Origin: Lysobacterales bacterium
Lineage (GTDB): Bacteria; Pseudomonadota; Gammaproteobacteria; Xanthomonadales; SZUA-5
Direction: 5' to 3'
DNA: 64,000 nt
NCBI GenBank assembly: GCA_022844165.1
Contig: JALHMH010000007.1
Location: 75,841-139,840 of the forward strand
The notes under the pieces: generated by a model
Databases searched by the model: none
What the model was told of the DNA's origin: nothing
What the model saw: the letters and a program-made list of their open reading frames with translations, nothing else
Made by a program: the position numbers and the translations under genes
In this document: one piece after another, positions 20,064 to 30,241 of the stretch
Position numbering within the stretch: the first letter of the stretch is position 1
Layout: each line of letters begins with the position of its first letter

Positions 20064-21299
20064 GCGACCTCCCGCAGATCGATCTGGCCGGTGACGGCGG
20101 CGGTGATCAGGGCGGAGCGGCGTTCTGACCGCAGTATTAGGCTGCGCTCGGTGGCCGCCATGATTGCGTCGAATCGCTTCGTGCTCAGTGCAATGTGCTC
20201 AAGTATTTGGCGCTGCTCGGCAAGCGGCGGCAGGCACAGCCGGAGATCGCGGAATTCGTCCCAGTAGAGGCGCATGCGGAAGTCCGCGATTCCGCGCGAA
20301 TGGCGTCGCATCTCCTCGATGGCCATGGGCGTCCGCAGCAGGTGCTCGATGTAGGCAGTTTCAACAGGCACCATCGGAGAGGCGACGACGTAGGCAGGAC
20401 TGACGAGTCCGTGGACAGATACGGCGCCGACCGCGCCCTGCCAGGCGAGCATCATGTTGTACGCGATGTCGCCGGGCTCGACGCGCTTGTACTTGGTGCG
20501 GTCCTCGCTAAGCCAGACGCGCCTATCACGGTCATCCTGATCCATTTCCTCATCGCTGATGCCGTCGTGGATCGAGATTGACAGCACTGGCAAGGAGGCA
20601 TCGCCGGTACGAATCGCTTCCCGATAGACATGGGCGACGCGCCTGACTTCCCAATGTTTGGGGATTGACTCTATCCAGTTGACGCCGGAGTCCTTCATCG
20701 ACGCATCCGCATCGAGACCCTTGGTGACCGCGTGCGTGATCAGCGCCTGGCGCTTTTCCTTCAGCAGTTCGATGAAGCGTGCCTTTTTGGCGATCAGCGC
20801 GTCGATACGGGCGGTCTCGCGGTCAAGAGCGCCGGCAATCTCGCGTTGCTCCACTCGGGACGGTGCCGCTATCGGATTCGATGCCAAGGCCTCCTGCGTC
20901 ATGGATGGGAGCGCAGTGTTGGTTGAGTAGAGACCGAACGGGATGGCTGACGCCGAATAAAACAGGAAGCGCGCATCGGCATTGGCGTTGATCTGCGTGT
21001 AGAACATTGTGTCCACAGTCCAAAATCGGCCGTTGACGTACACAGGTCGGTCAATGGTGCCCTTCCGACCCAGCAGAACCGATTCGCCTTCGAATAGGTA
21101 GCTGTCGGCACGGGCGAACTCGCCACCGGAGCCGAACACCGGATACTCACCCTCTGGGTTCTCAACCAGTTTGTGATCGCGGCCATTGCAGATCGTGGCC
21201 AGGCGCTTCATGGCACATACAGCCCAATGGCGAGGGACGACGCCGAGCCACTCAACCCCGGATTCTTTGTGCGCCGGGATACTGTTTGTAGCGACTCAT
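20060..21299 (-). pseudogene. hsdS: Type I RM specificity subunit S with a 1-nt insertion near the N-terminus
   Basis: Two TRDs; conserved EQ..I...LD.ETARID.LI..K..LLKEKRQALITHAVTKG and ERRSALITAAVTGQID. ATG 21299 is coupled to the abi stop; removing one base from GGG 21276-21278 gives [19 protein letters not shown]. Confidence 0.85.
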
Positions 21300-22216
21300 G
21301 CGCCAGCCCCTGAGTTTGCGGGGTCGGCCCACAACGGAGGCGCCTTCCAATTCGTCGGGAAGCCCATTGCTGCGGTGTCGACTTCATACCCATCGATCAA
21401 CGCGATCAACCGCTGCCGCCAACGGTGCGCAGGTGCGATCACGTCCATCAGGTACAACAACATCAGCAGCGTGTTGTAGAGCTTGTGCGAGTCCGGCACA
21501 AACTGCCCACGGAGCACCGCGGGTTTGCTGCGAGGCGCCTGCGGTCGCACAGTGAAATCGCGATTCCAGAAGCGCGCGTGGTGGGCGCAGGTGTTACGCA
21601 CCACGGTCAGATGGTGCAGCCAGGACTGCAGGACCGCCTCGTCCACGCCGTAGGGTGCAGCGATGCGGCGGCGCGTCGGCATCGGCTGCAGATTGCTGTA
21701 CCAGTGCGACAACAATCCCAGTGACATCACCTCACAGACGGCCCAGACCGGCGGCAACGGCTCCTGGTAGGTATCGCGCAAATGGCGAATGAAGGTCTCG
21801 TCGGACCGCGTCACTTCGTCCGTCAGCTGCGCCAGTTGGCGCTGATGCCAGTCGTCCCGATAAGCGATGCTGCGGTCCAGATGCGCGTGACTGCCATGGC
21901 AATGCGCCAACTGGTAGGCCCACTGTGTACGCACCGACACTTCGATGCGTTCGATGGCATCCATCACCAGAAGACGCAGTTCGCGATCGAAGATGTAGAG
22001 ATTCAGCACATCCTCAAAGCGCGTGCCCGGTTTGAAGGTGTGCGTGGCGTGATCCGCCTCGAAGGGCAGCCAGTAGGCGCAGAGCCGGTAGTAATTCAGG
22101 TGCCGGAGGTAGAACTCGGCTTGCGCGGGATCGGCGATCAGCATGCCGCGGCTCTGCAGCAGGGCGACCTGCGCGGTCAGCGTGAGCGCTGGCTTGGTGA
22201 AGGGCAGCTTGCTCAT
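21296..22216 (-). CDS. Abi_2/AbiF-family HEPN ribonuclease
   Basis: [54 protein letters not shown] motif RNTCAH (Rx4H). Confidence 0.88.
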   Translation of the reverse strand: MSKLPFTKPALTLTAQVALLQSRGMLIADPAQAEFYLRHLNYYRLCAYWLPFEADHATHTFKPGTRFEDVLNLYIFDRELRLLVMDAIERIEVSVRTQWAYQLAHCHGSHAHLDRSIAYRDDWHQRQLAQLTDEVTRSDETFIRHLRDTYQEPLPPVWAVCEVMSLGLLSHWYSNLQPMPTRRRIAAPYGVDEAVLQSWLHHLTVVRNTCAHHARFWNRDFTVRPQAPRSKPAVLRGQFVPDSHKLYNTLLMLLYLMDVIAPAHRWRQRLIALIDGYEVDTAAMGFPTNWKAPPLWADPANSGAGA

Positions 22217-22254
22217 GGGCGTTGCCCACGGCCGCCAGGGCGCGCGAATGCGGA

Positions 22255-22321
22255 CCCCAGAAAAGAGAAACCCGCCGGTTTGAGGGTGCCCTTGCGGGTA
22301 GAGCCTTGGCGGGTATTGTTG
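22255..22321 (-). ncRNA. Candidate abiF-associated structured RNA (putative antitoxin or cis-regulator)
   Basis: Minus strand: ACCCGCC...CCC-GCAA-GGG...GGCGGGT then TTCTCTTTTCT, between a promoter and the abi ATG. Confidence 0.65.
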
Positions 22322-22327
22322 CCCGCA

Positions 22328-22356
22328 AGTCTAGCCGGGACTGCCTGGACCGACAA
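22328..22356 (-). promoter_or_regulatory. Sigma70-type internal promoter for the RNA + abiF unit
   Basis: TTGTCG-17 nt-TAGACT on the minus strand. Confidence 0.65.
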
Positions 22357-22397
22357 GCCGCCGGCGCGCGCTGATGCGTTGCCCATGCGGCCACGGT

Positions 22398-24416
22398 TCA
22401 TTGGGTCACCTCGCCCAACAGCGCCGCGATCTCGGCTTCCACGGCCTTGAGTTCGGCATCGATCTCCGCCAGCGGACGCGGCGGCTGGTATTTGTAGAAG
22501 TAGCGGTTGAAATTGATTTCAAAGCCCACACGGCCAGGCTCGCCATCCTTGTCGTCGCAAAAGCTCGCATCGATCCAGGCATCGGGCACGTGCGGCAGCA
22601 CCTCGCGCGCCAGATAGTCCTGCGGCAGCTCGCCGAGCGGCACGTTCTCGTAGTCGGTCAGTTCTGGATCGGCCATCACCGTGCCGTCGGCCGCACGGAC
22701 CACCTCTCCCGCCGGATCGCGCACGCCCAGCGCGTTGATCAGTGCCTTGACGAAGGACTTGCCGACCTTGCCGATGATCGGGTTGCGCTCGGCCGTCAGC
22801 GCGGCAAAGGCTGCCGCCCACTCGAAGGCGCGGATACAGTCGTGATGCGCAGTCAGCGCCGCTTCCCACGCCGCGCGCTGCTCGTCGGTCAGCGCTAACC
22901 AGGCCTTTTCCTCACGCAGTTTCGCCAGCGTTGCGTCACTGACCTGCAGGGTCATGCGCAGAGGCCGCAGGACCTTGATGCGGCGATAACCGAAGCGGCG
23001 GTAGTCGAGCATCCGGCTGAGTTCGTGGTCACCGCCCTCGGCGTAGATGCCAGCAATTTGAGTGATCTGGTCCTCGCTGACACGCCGCCGCTTGTTGCCC
23101 TCATTGCGCATCGGGGACCAAAGGCTGGTGGCGTTGATCAGCTGTACGTGGTTCCGCCGGTTGCCGGGCTTCTTGTTGGACAAAATCCACAAATAGGTGC
23201 CGATACCGGTGCGGAAGAAGATCTCGGTGGGCAGCGCGATGATGGCGTCGACCAGATCCTGCTCCAGCAGCCACCGGCGGATCTCGGATTCGCCGGAACC
23301 GGCGCCACCGTTGAACAGCGGCGAGCCCGACAGCACGATCGCCGCGCGACCACCTCCCTTCTCGCGTCGTTCCAGCTTGCTGGCCAGGTGCAGCAGGAAC
23401 AGCATCGAGCCATCGTTAATACGCGGCAGACCGGGGCCGAAGCGGCCGTAATAGCCCTTCTCTCGATGCTCCTTGTTGACGGCCGCCGCGTCCTTTTCCC
23501 ATTTCTTGCCGAAGGGCGGATTGGACAGGCAGTAGTGAAAGCGCTCGCCGGCGAACTGATCATTGGACAGCGTGCTGCCGAGCTTGATGTTCCGGGACAG
23601 GTCGCGACCAGGGTCCGTCGGCAGCTGGCGCAGCAACATGCCGGTCAGGCACACCGCGTGCGTTTCCGGTTCCAGCTCCTGCCCGTACGGCACCAGAACG
23701 GGCGGCACACGCGTGCGATTGCCATAGTTGGCGACATGGTCCATCGCATCGGACAGAAACCCTCCGGTGCCGCAGGTGGGGTCGTACAGCGTGCGGATCA
23801 GACCGGGGTTGGCCTCGAACAGCGCATCGTCCGGGTCCAGCAGCAGCGTGGTTGCCAGATGCACCACGTCGCGTGGCGTCATGAAGTCCTCTGCCCCTTC
23901 GTTGACCTCGGCGCCAAAGCGTCGGATCAGGTGTTCGTACAAATTGCTCATCACCCGGTCAGGCACGACGTCGGGGTGCAGATCGATGCCGGCGAAGTTG
24001 CGGCAGATCCGGAACAGCACGTTCGCCTTGTCCAGGCGCACCAGCGTGTTTTCGATGTCGAACTGCTCGAAGATCACTCGCGCGTTGTCCGAAAACTGCA
24101 CGATGTAGTCCTGCAGGTTCTGCCGCGTCTTGCCGTCACCCAGCGTGTCCAGCGTGTACTGCGAGACGTTGTAGAAGGGATAGCGCGTGATCTGGCGCAG
24201 GATCAGGTCAAGGTCGATGCCGCTGTCCTTGTACTGCGCGGTCGCTTCCCGAACCGCATCCCGCGTAGGCTCCAGCACGCATTCCAGGCGACGCAGCAGG
24301 GTGAACGGCAAGATGATCTTGCCAAAGTCCGTGTGCTTGAAATCGCCCCACAGGTCCTCGGCGTTCTTCCAGATGAAGTCCGCCAAGGACGCGCCAGTTC
24401 CGCCCGCTTGTGCCAT
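22398..24416 (-). CDS. hsdM: Type I RM m6A methyltransferase subunit M
   Basis: ILPFTLLRRL, TPRDVV, DPTCGTGGFL, NPPF, EINFNRYFY; intact. Confidence 0.95.
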   Translation of the reverse strand: MAQAGGTGASLADFIWKNAEDLWGDFKHTDFGKIILPFTLLRRLECVLEPTRDAVREATAQYKDSGIDLDLILRQITRYPFYNVSQYTLDTLGDGKTRQNLQDYIVQFSDNARVIFEQFDIENTLVRLDKANVLFRICRNFAGIDLHPDVVPDRVMSNLYEHLIRRFGAEVNEGAEDFMTPRDVVHLATTLLLDPDDALFEANPGLIRTLYDPTCGTGGFLSDAMDHVANYGNRTRVPPVLVPYGQELEPETHAVCLTGMLLRQLPTDPGRDLSRNIKLGSTLSNDQFAGERFHYCLSNPPFGKKWEKDAAAVNKEHREKGYYGRFGPGLPRINDGSMLFLLHLASKLERREKGGGRAAIVLSGSPLFNGGAGSGESEIRRWLLEQDLVDAIIALPTEIFFRTGIGTYLWILSNKKPGNRRNHVQLINATSLWSPMRNEGNKRRRVSEDQITQIAGIYAEGGDHELSRMLDYRRFGYRRIKVLRPLRMTLQVSDATLAKLREEKAWLALTDEQRAAWEAALTAHHDCIRAFEWAAAFAALTAERNPIIGKVGKSFVKALINALGVRDPAGEVVRAADGTVMADPELTDYENVPLGELPQDYLAREVLPHVPDAWIDASFCDDKDGEPGRVGFEINFNRYFYKYQPPRPLAEIDAELKAVEAEIAALLGEVTQ

Positions 24417-24455
24417 TCCATGCCCCTGCATCGATCGCATAGGGTGAGCCTAACA

Positions 24456-24664
24456 GCAGAATACTTTGAAGGCTGGCCTGGATATGGTCGCCGAGCGCGC
24501 AAACGAAGGCCGCGGGCCGTGGACCGGCGCTCACACGCCAATAGGCGAGACGACCGGCGGCTGCGCTGCCGGGCCGGAAATGCGCGAAGCGCGCGGGGTT
24601 GTGGCAAGTACGCTGCAGAGCGAAGCCAACTATGCTAGGGCGGTCTGAGGCGAAGCTTCGCTAG
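24456..24664. mobile_element. Non-coding miniature element (family C), homologous to 62639-62889
   Basis: 24526-24664 aligns by eye with the 62.7-62.9 kb copy (CGACCGGCGGCTG..GCCGGGCCGGAAATGCGCG..GTGGCAAGTACG..GCGAAGCCAAC..GGCGGTCTGAGGCGAAGC.TCGCTAG); left end approximate. Confidence 0.7.
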
Positions 24665-24673
24665 AGATCGGTC

Positions 24674-25564
24674 ATGCACATCCGTAAAGAGAACCTTGAG
24701 GGCGCGCAGGTTCAGGCTCTTCTTCGAGAGCATCTGGCCTCGATGGAGCACACGGCGCCGCCGGAAAGTCGCCACGCTTTGGATCTGTCGGGGTTGCGTG
24801 ACCCTGCTGTCACGTTTTGGAGCATCTGGGACGGTGAGACATTGGCCGGGTTCGGCGCACTCAAGCATCTGACCGCAGAGCACGCTGAAATCAAGTCCAT
24901 GCGCACTGCGGCGCCGTATCTTCGCCGCGGAGTGGCATCGCGCATGTTAGATCATCTCATCACTGAAGCAGCCAATCGTGGCTACACCAGAATCAGTCTT
25001 GAAACCGGTTCGATGGCATTCTTCGAACCTGCGCGCCGCCTTTACGAATCCTTCGGCTTCGTTCAGTGCCAACCATTCGCCAATTACCGACCAGACCCCA
25101 ACAGCACATTCATGACGCTTGACGGGTTATCGCCCAATTCCGGCGTCACCCGGATCAACCAGAAATCTCGGAGTTCGTGTATGACCAGACAGCTCATCAG
25201 CTCGGGCTCAACATTTGAGCAGGAGATTGGCTATTCCCGTGCAGTCGTAGATGGCAACTGGATTTTTGTCTCAGGAACGACCGGCTTTGACTACTCCACC
25301 ATGACGATCTCAGACAGTTTGACTGAACAGACGGAGCAATGCCTCAGGAACATTGAGGCAGCGCTGCATCAAGCCGGGTCAAGCCTCAAAGATGTGGTGC
25401 GTGTCACGTATGTCTTACCCAATGGTGCAGATTTTCCGCAATGCTGGCCGATCCTTCGCCAGTACTTCGGCGAGGTACGTCCAGCCGCAATGATGATCTC
25501 CGCGGGGTTAGCCGATCCTCGAATGCGCATTGAAATGGAGGTCACCGCACTAAAGCAGTCGTAG
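24674..25564 (+). CDS. GNAT acetyltransferase (YedL/YsnE-like) running in frame into a RidA/YjgF domain
   Basis: EIKSMRT..RRGVA..LETG (GNAT); second domain MTRQLISSGSTFEQEIGYSRAVVDG..RPAA..IEMEVTA has its own ATG (25181) and GGAG SD. Confidence 0.8.
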   Translation: MHIRKENLEGAQVQALLREHLASMEHTAPPESRHALDLSGLRDPAVTFWSIWDGETLAGFGALKHLTAEHAEIKSMRTAAPYLRRGVASRMLDHLITEAANRGYTRISLETGSMAFFEPARRLYESFGFVQCQPFANYRPDPNSTFMTLDGLSPNSGVTRINQKSRSSCMTRQLISSGSTFEQEIGYSRAVVDGNWIFVSGTTGFDYSTMTISDSLTEQTEQCLRNIEAALHQAGSSLKDVVRVTYVLPNGADFPQCWPILRQYFGEVRPAAMMISAGLADPRMRIEMEVTALKQS

Positions 25565-25579
25565 ATGCGGTCGCGCGCA

Positions 25580-26152
25580 TCAGGCTCGCGGTAGTGTCAC
25601 GCCTTGCTGGCCCTGGTACTTCCCGCCGCGGTCTCGATAACTCACCTCGCAGGTTTCGTCGGACTCAAAAAACAACATTTGCGCCACGCCTTCGCCGGCA
25701 TAAATTTTTGCTGGCAGCGGCGTCGTGTTCGAAAACTCGAGCGTGACGTGCCCTTCCCACTCGGGTTCGAGCGGCGTGACGTTGACGATGATGCCGCAGC
25801 GCGCATAAGTACTCTTGCCCAGACAGATCGTCAGCACCGAGCGCGGGATGCGAAAGTACTCCACCGTGCGAGCCAGGCAAAATGAATTCGGCGGAATGAT
25901 GCAAACGGGGCCCTTGAAGTCGACGAAACTGCGTTCGTCGAAAGCCTTGGGATCGACGATGGTCGAGTTGATGTTGGTGAAAATCTTGAATTCGTCGGCA
26001 CAGCGCACGTCGTAGCCGTAGCTCGACGTGCCATAGCTGATCAGTCGATCGCCATCCGGATTACGGCGGACCTGTTCGGGCGCAAAGGGCTCGATCATCT
26101 TGCCCAAACCTTCGCTCATCCGCCGGATCCAGCGGTCACACTTGATGCTCAT
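25580..26152 (-). CDS. dcd: dCTP deaminase
   Basis: [35 protein letters not shown]. Confidence 0.96.
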   Translation of the reverse strand: MSIKCDRWIRRMSEGLGKMIEPFAPEQVRRNPDGDRLISYGTSSYGYDVRCADEFKIFTNINSTIVDPKAFDERSFVDFKGPVCIIPPNSFCLARTVEYFRIPRSVLTICLGKSTYARCGIIVNVTPLEPEWEGHVTLEFSNTTPLPAKIYAGEGVAQMLFFESDETCEVSYRDRGGKYQGQQGVTLPRA

Positions 26153-26661
26153 CGACGCGCGTCCAGGATTGCAGTCCATTCCGCAACTTTGGCCGACACC
26201 TTAGGCCCCGCGAGGAAGGCATCGACGTCGCCCTCAATCGTCAGACGCTCGATCTTGTCGCCTTGGCGAATCGCATTGACAACGTCCTGGCCGCTCGTGA
26301 CGGTGCCGAACACCGTGTGTTTGCCATCCAGATGCGGCGTCGGCCCGTGAGTGATGAAAAACTGGCTGCCGTTGGTGCCTGGGCCGGCATTGGCCATCGA
26401 CAGGATGCCCGCCGAGTTGTGGCGCAAGCCTGAAACGATTTCGTCCGCGAATTTGTAGCCAGGTCCGCCGGTGCCGGTACCCAGCGGACAACCGCCCTGA
26501 ATCATGAAATTGGATATGACCCGATGAAAGTTGAGGCCGTTGTAGTAACCGCGCTTGGCGAGATTGACGAAGTTGGCAACCGTCAATGGCGTTTCGTTGG
26601 CATACAACTTCAGGCGGATCACACCGCGGGAGGTCAGAAATACGGCTTCGAGACTGCTCAT
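26149..26661 (-). CDS. Cyclophilin-type peptidyl-prolyl isomerase
   Basis: [40 protein letters not shown]. Confidence 0.95.
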   Translation of the reverse strand: MSSLEAVFLTSRGVIRLKLYANETPLTVANFVNLAKRGYYNGLNFHRVISNFMIQGGCPLGTGTGGPGYKFADEIVSGLRHNSAGILSMANAGPGTNGSQFFITHGPTPHLDGKHTVFGTVTSGQDVVNAIRQGDKIERLTIEGDVDAFLAGPKVSAKVAEWTAILDARR

Positions 26662-26723
26662 GGTTCAGGTTCTCGCGTAGGAGATTCAGGGCGCGCGATG
26701 CTACGACATCGTTCGCTATTGAC

Positions 26724-27140
26724 CTATCGGTATTGCATCGCCAGCTGTGCGCCGGCATTCAGGATGCCCAGCGCTATCGACATGGTTGCCGCCCAGAGAG
26801 CAACCGAAACACGATTTTGCTCGATAGCGGCATGCAGTCCACGATGTATCAGCCGCAGCAACGCGTAGGCGGCCAGTTGCACGACGAGCGCCGCGAAACC
26901 CCACTGGGCGAGCGCCATCACCGACGACGAATTCGCCAACGACGCGCCGACCGGCAGCGAAAATCCGATCATGGCGCCGGCAAGCATCGTGGCGGCGGCT
27001 GTGTTGCCTTCGAAAATCAGGGTCAGTTCGCTGTGCGGCGTCAGGAACGTGTACAGCGAAAAAAACACACCGAGCAGCAGCACGCCCATCGCAAGCAACG
27101 ACAGAAACTGCGGCAGTTCAGACAAGTAGTTGGGCATCAT
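26724..27140 (-). CDS. DUF350/YjfL-like membrane protein
   Basis: Four hydrophobic helices; YTFLTPHSELTLIFEGNTAAA signature; start MMPNYL. Confidence 0.75.
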   Translation of the reverse strand: MMPNYLSELPQFLSLLAMGVLLLGVFFSLYTFLTPHSELTLIFEGNTAAATMLAGAMIGFSLPVGASLANSSSVMALAQWGFAALVVQLAAYALLRLIHRGLHAAIEQNRVSVALWAATMSIALGILNAGAQLAMQYR

Positions 27141-27276
27141 GTTCAAAGGCCGTTCCTGGGCTCTTTCGACTATAGCTGGGCGCGACACCAGGTGCGCGGG
27201 TGCGCGTTCCATGGTTTCGAACCGGGTATCTTGTCGCCCCACAGCTTCGCGCACTCCTCTGCCAACGATCGGCGAT

Positions 27277-27933
27277 ATGAACCGGCATCGAAGAATTGCC
27301 ATCTTCCAGCGATTGCGCGAACTCAATCCGCAGCCGACCACCGAATTGCTCTACGCAACGCCCTTCGAACTGCTGGTCGCGGTGGTGCTCTCTGCGCAAG
27401 CCACGGATGTCAGCGTCAACAAGGCTACGCGCAAGTTGTTTCCGATCGCCAACACTCCAGCCGCAATCGCGGCGCTCGGCGTTGCGGGTTTGTCGCCTTA
27501 CATCCAGACCATTGGCCTGTTCAACACCAAAGCCAAAAACGTTGTCGCGCTATGCGAACAATTGCTCGCCCTCCACGGCGGCGAGGTGCCTGCCGATCGT
27601 GCTGCACTGGAGGCGCTACCGGGCGTCGGGCGCAAAACCGCCAATGTGGTCCTGAATACTGCATTCGGTCAGCCGACGATCGCCGTGGACACGCATATTT
27701 TCCGCGTCAGCAATCGCACGGGGATCGCGCCAGGCAAGGACGTCAACGCCGTCGAGGCGCGTTTGAATCGCGTTGTGCCCGCCGAATTCAAGCAAGACTG
27801 CCATCACTGGCTGATTCTCCATGGCCGCTACGTGTGCACGGCGCGCAATCCAAACTGCAGCGAGTGTCCGATTGCGGATCTGTGCGAGTGGCCCGATAAG
27901 CTCAATTCACATCGTGGGAGCAAGAAAACGTGA
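27277..27933 (+). CDS. nth: Endonuclease III
   Basis: LSAQATD, HhH LPGVGRKTANV, VDTH, C-x6-C-x2-C-x5-C. Confidence 0.96.
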   Translation: MNRHRRIAIFQRLRELNPQPTTELLYATPFELLVAVVLSAQATDVSVNKATRKLFPIANTPAAIAALGVAGLSPYIQTIGLFNTKAKNVVALCEQLLALHGGEVPADRAALEALPGVGRKTANVVLNTAFGQPTIAVDTHIFRVSNRTGIAPGKDVNAVEARLNRVVPAEFKQDCHHWLILHGRYVCTARNPNCSECPIADLCEWPDKLNSHRGSKKT

Positions 27934-28469
27934 GCGCCTTTCCAACCCTGACCACCGAGCGGCTGATCTTGCGCGTGCCCACTTCGAACGACCTGGACGA
28001 TTGGGCTGAGATGATGGCCGATGAAGAAACCGCCAAGTACATTGGCGGCACCATGCCGCGCTCGATGGTATGGCGCGGCTTGATGTGCATGATCGGCGCA
28101 TGGCACGAGATGGGTTTTGCGATGTTCACCGCGCGCGATCGCAACAGTGGTGCGTTCATCGGCCGGATGGGGCCGTGGTCGCCCGAGGGTTGGCCTGGAC
28201 TGGAAGTCGGCTGGGCAATCAAGCGCTCGGTGTGGCGTCAGGGTTATGGCGTGGAAGCCGCAGCCGTGTGCATGGACTACGCTGTCGACGTGCTCGGCTG
28301 GGCCAATATCATCCATACCATCGATCCGAACAACGAGGGATCGAAGGGCGTCGCCCGGCGCCTTGGCTCGAATTACTTGACTCCCGGTCGACTACCGGCT
28401 CCGCACGACAAGGCAGAGGTTGAAGTCTGGGGGCAAAGTGCGGCGCAGTGGCGGTTGCGGCGGACCTGA
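27930..28469 (+). CDS. RimJ/RimL-type GNAT acetyltransferase
   Basis: LTTERLILR, EVGWAI..WRQGYG.EA, IDPNNEGS..VARRLG. Confidence 0.88.
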   Translation: MSAFPTLTTERLILRVPTSNDLDDWAEMMADEETAKYIGGTMPRSMVWRGLMCMIGAWHEMGFAMFTARDRNSGAFIGRMGPWSPEGWPGLEVGWAIKRSVWRQGYGVEAAAVCMDYAVDVLGWANIIHTIDPNNEGSKGVARRLGSNYLTPGRLPAPHDKAEVEVWGQSAAQWRLRRT

Positions 28470-28547
28470 AGTTCGCCAACGCGCTGGCGCGACCGACCGA
28501 ATGGCTGCCAGAATCGGCGCTTCCATTTCCATCGCAGGGGATACGTA

Positions 28548-30188
28548 ATGAAGGCTTCGGACTTGTTCATTCGGGCGCTGGAATCGGAGGGCGTCAAGTA
28601 CATCTTCGGTATCCCCGGTGAGGAGAATCTGGACTTCCTGGAGTCTTTGCGCACCTCCTCGATTAAGTTGATTCTGACGCGCCACGAGCAAGGCGCAGGC
28701 TTTATGGCTGCCACGTATGGCCGACTCACGGGGCACGCCGGCGTGTGTTTGTCCACGCTCGGCCCGGGCGCAACCAACTTCGTGACGGCTGCAGCGTACG
28801 CACAATTGGGCGCAATGCCGATGCTGATGATCACCGGCCAAAAGCCAGTCAAGGCGAGCAAACAGGGGCACTTTCAAATCGTCGATATCGTCGACATGAT
28901 GCGGCCGCTGACCAAGTACACGCGCCAGATCATCGCTGCCGACAACATTCCGGCACGTGTGCGCGAAGCGTTCCGGCGTGCCGAAGAAGAGCGACCTGGG
29001 GCCGTGCATCTGGAGCTGCCCGAGGACATCGCCGATGAGCAAAGCGAGGCGATGGTACTCAAAGCCTCACATATGCGCCGCCCGGTCGCCGATGAAAAGG
29101 CCATCGTTTATGCGGTGGAGGCGATCACCAATGCCAAGCGCCCGCTGTTGATGATCGGCGCTGGCGCCAATCGCAAAACCACCAGCAAGATGCTCGCCGA
29201 GTTTGTCGACAAACTCGGCATACCGTTCTTCACCACGCAAATGGGTAAGGGCGTGCTCGATGAGCATCATCCACTGTGGCTCGGCAATGCCGCCTTGTCC
29301 GATGGCGACTTCGTGCATCGCGCGATCGAGAAGGCCGACTGCATCATCAATTGCGGTCATGACGTCGTCGAGAAACCGCCGTTCTTCATGCGCAAGGGTG
29401 AGCGCACCGTCATCCATTTGAATTTCTTTTCGGCCGAAGTTGATACCGTCTACTTCCCGCAGATCGAAGTCGTTGGCGATATGGCCAACGCGATCTGGCG
29501 CTTGAAGCAGCGATTGGAGCGACAGCCGCATTGGGACTTCGCCTATTTCGACAAAATCCGCATCGCGCTCAATCAACATCTGGAGCATCGTGTCGACGAC
29601 GCGCGCTTCCCGATCCACCCGGTGTGCATGGTCGACATCGTGCGCAAGGAGGTCGACAAGAACGGCATCGTGTGCCTCGACAACGGCATGTACAAGTTGT
29701 GGTTCGCGCGTTATTACCGCTGCTACGAGCCCAATACGCTGCTGCTCGATAACGCGCTGGCCACGATGGGCGCCGGTCTGCCGAGCGCGATGGCGGCAAA
29801 GATCGTGCACCCGGATCGTAAGGTCGTCGCGATCTGCGGCGATGGCGGCTTCATGATGAACTCGCAGGAAGTCGAAACCGCGGTGCGCTTAGGGCTCAAC
29901 ATCGCGATCGTGATCCTGCTCGACAACGCCTACGGCATGATCAAGTGGAAACAAGCCGGCATGGGTTTCGCTAATTTCGGCATGGACATGGGCAATCCGG
30001 ATTTCGTCAAACTCGCCGAGGCCTACGGCGCGCGCGGCTGGCGCCCGAAGTCCACCGGCGAATTTCGCGACATGCTGCGCGAAGCACTGGCCGAACCGGG
30101 TGTGGACATCATCGAACTGGCCATCGACTACTCTGAAAACCACGCGATTTTGAATAAGGAAATCAAGGAGTTGAGTGCGGCGCTTTAG
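28548..30188 (+). CDS. Acetolactate synthase large subunit-like ThDP enzyme
   Basis: IFGIPGEEN, RHEQGAGFMA, TLGPGATN, GDGGFMMN...N. Confidence 0.92.
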   Translation: MKASDLFIRALESEGVKYIFGIPGEENLDFLESLRTSSIKLILTRHEQGAGFMAATYGRLTGHAGVCLSTLGPGATNFVTAAAYAQLGAMPMLMITGQKPVKASKQGHFQIVDIVDMMRPLTKYTRQIIAADNIPARVREAFRRAEEERPGAVHLELPEDIADEQSEAMVLKASHMRRPVADEKAIVYAVEAITNAKRPLLMIGAGANRKTTSKMLAEFVDKLGIPFFTTQMGKGVLDEHHPLWLGNAALSDGDFVHRAIEKADCIINCGHDVVEKPPFFMRKGERTVIHLNFFSAEVDTVYFPQIEVVGDMANAIWRLKQRLERQPHWDFAYFDKIRIALNQHLEHRVDDARFPIHPVCMVDIVRKEVDKNGIVCLDNGMYKLWFARYYRCYEPNTLLLDNALATMGAGLPSAMAAKIVHPDRKVVAICGDGGFMMNSQEVETAVRLGLNIAIVILLDNAYGMIKWKQAGMGFANFGMDMGNPDFVKLAEAYGARGWRPKSTGEFRDMLREALAEPGVDIIELAIDYSENHAILNKEIKELSAAL

Positions 30189-30241
30189 TGCATAGGGAGC
30201 TGGTGCTAAGATGCGTTGAGCATGAAGTCTGGAGCATCAAC

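Noticed and set aside
24448-24454. attC left end GCCTAAC
   Set aside because: No complementary GTTAGGC at a suitable distance.
15145-25570. Intact integrative island at tRNA-Gln
   Set aside because: No integrase, and no distal copy of the tRNA 3' end near 24.4-25.6 kb. A 10-bp inverted match (15729 versus ~25575) is too short to trust.
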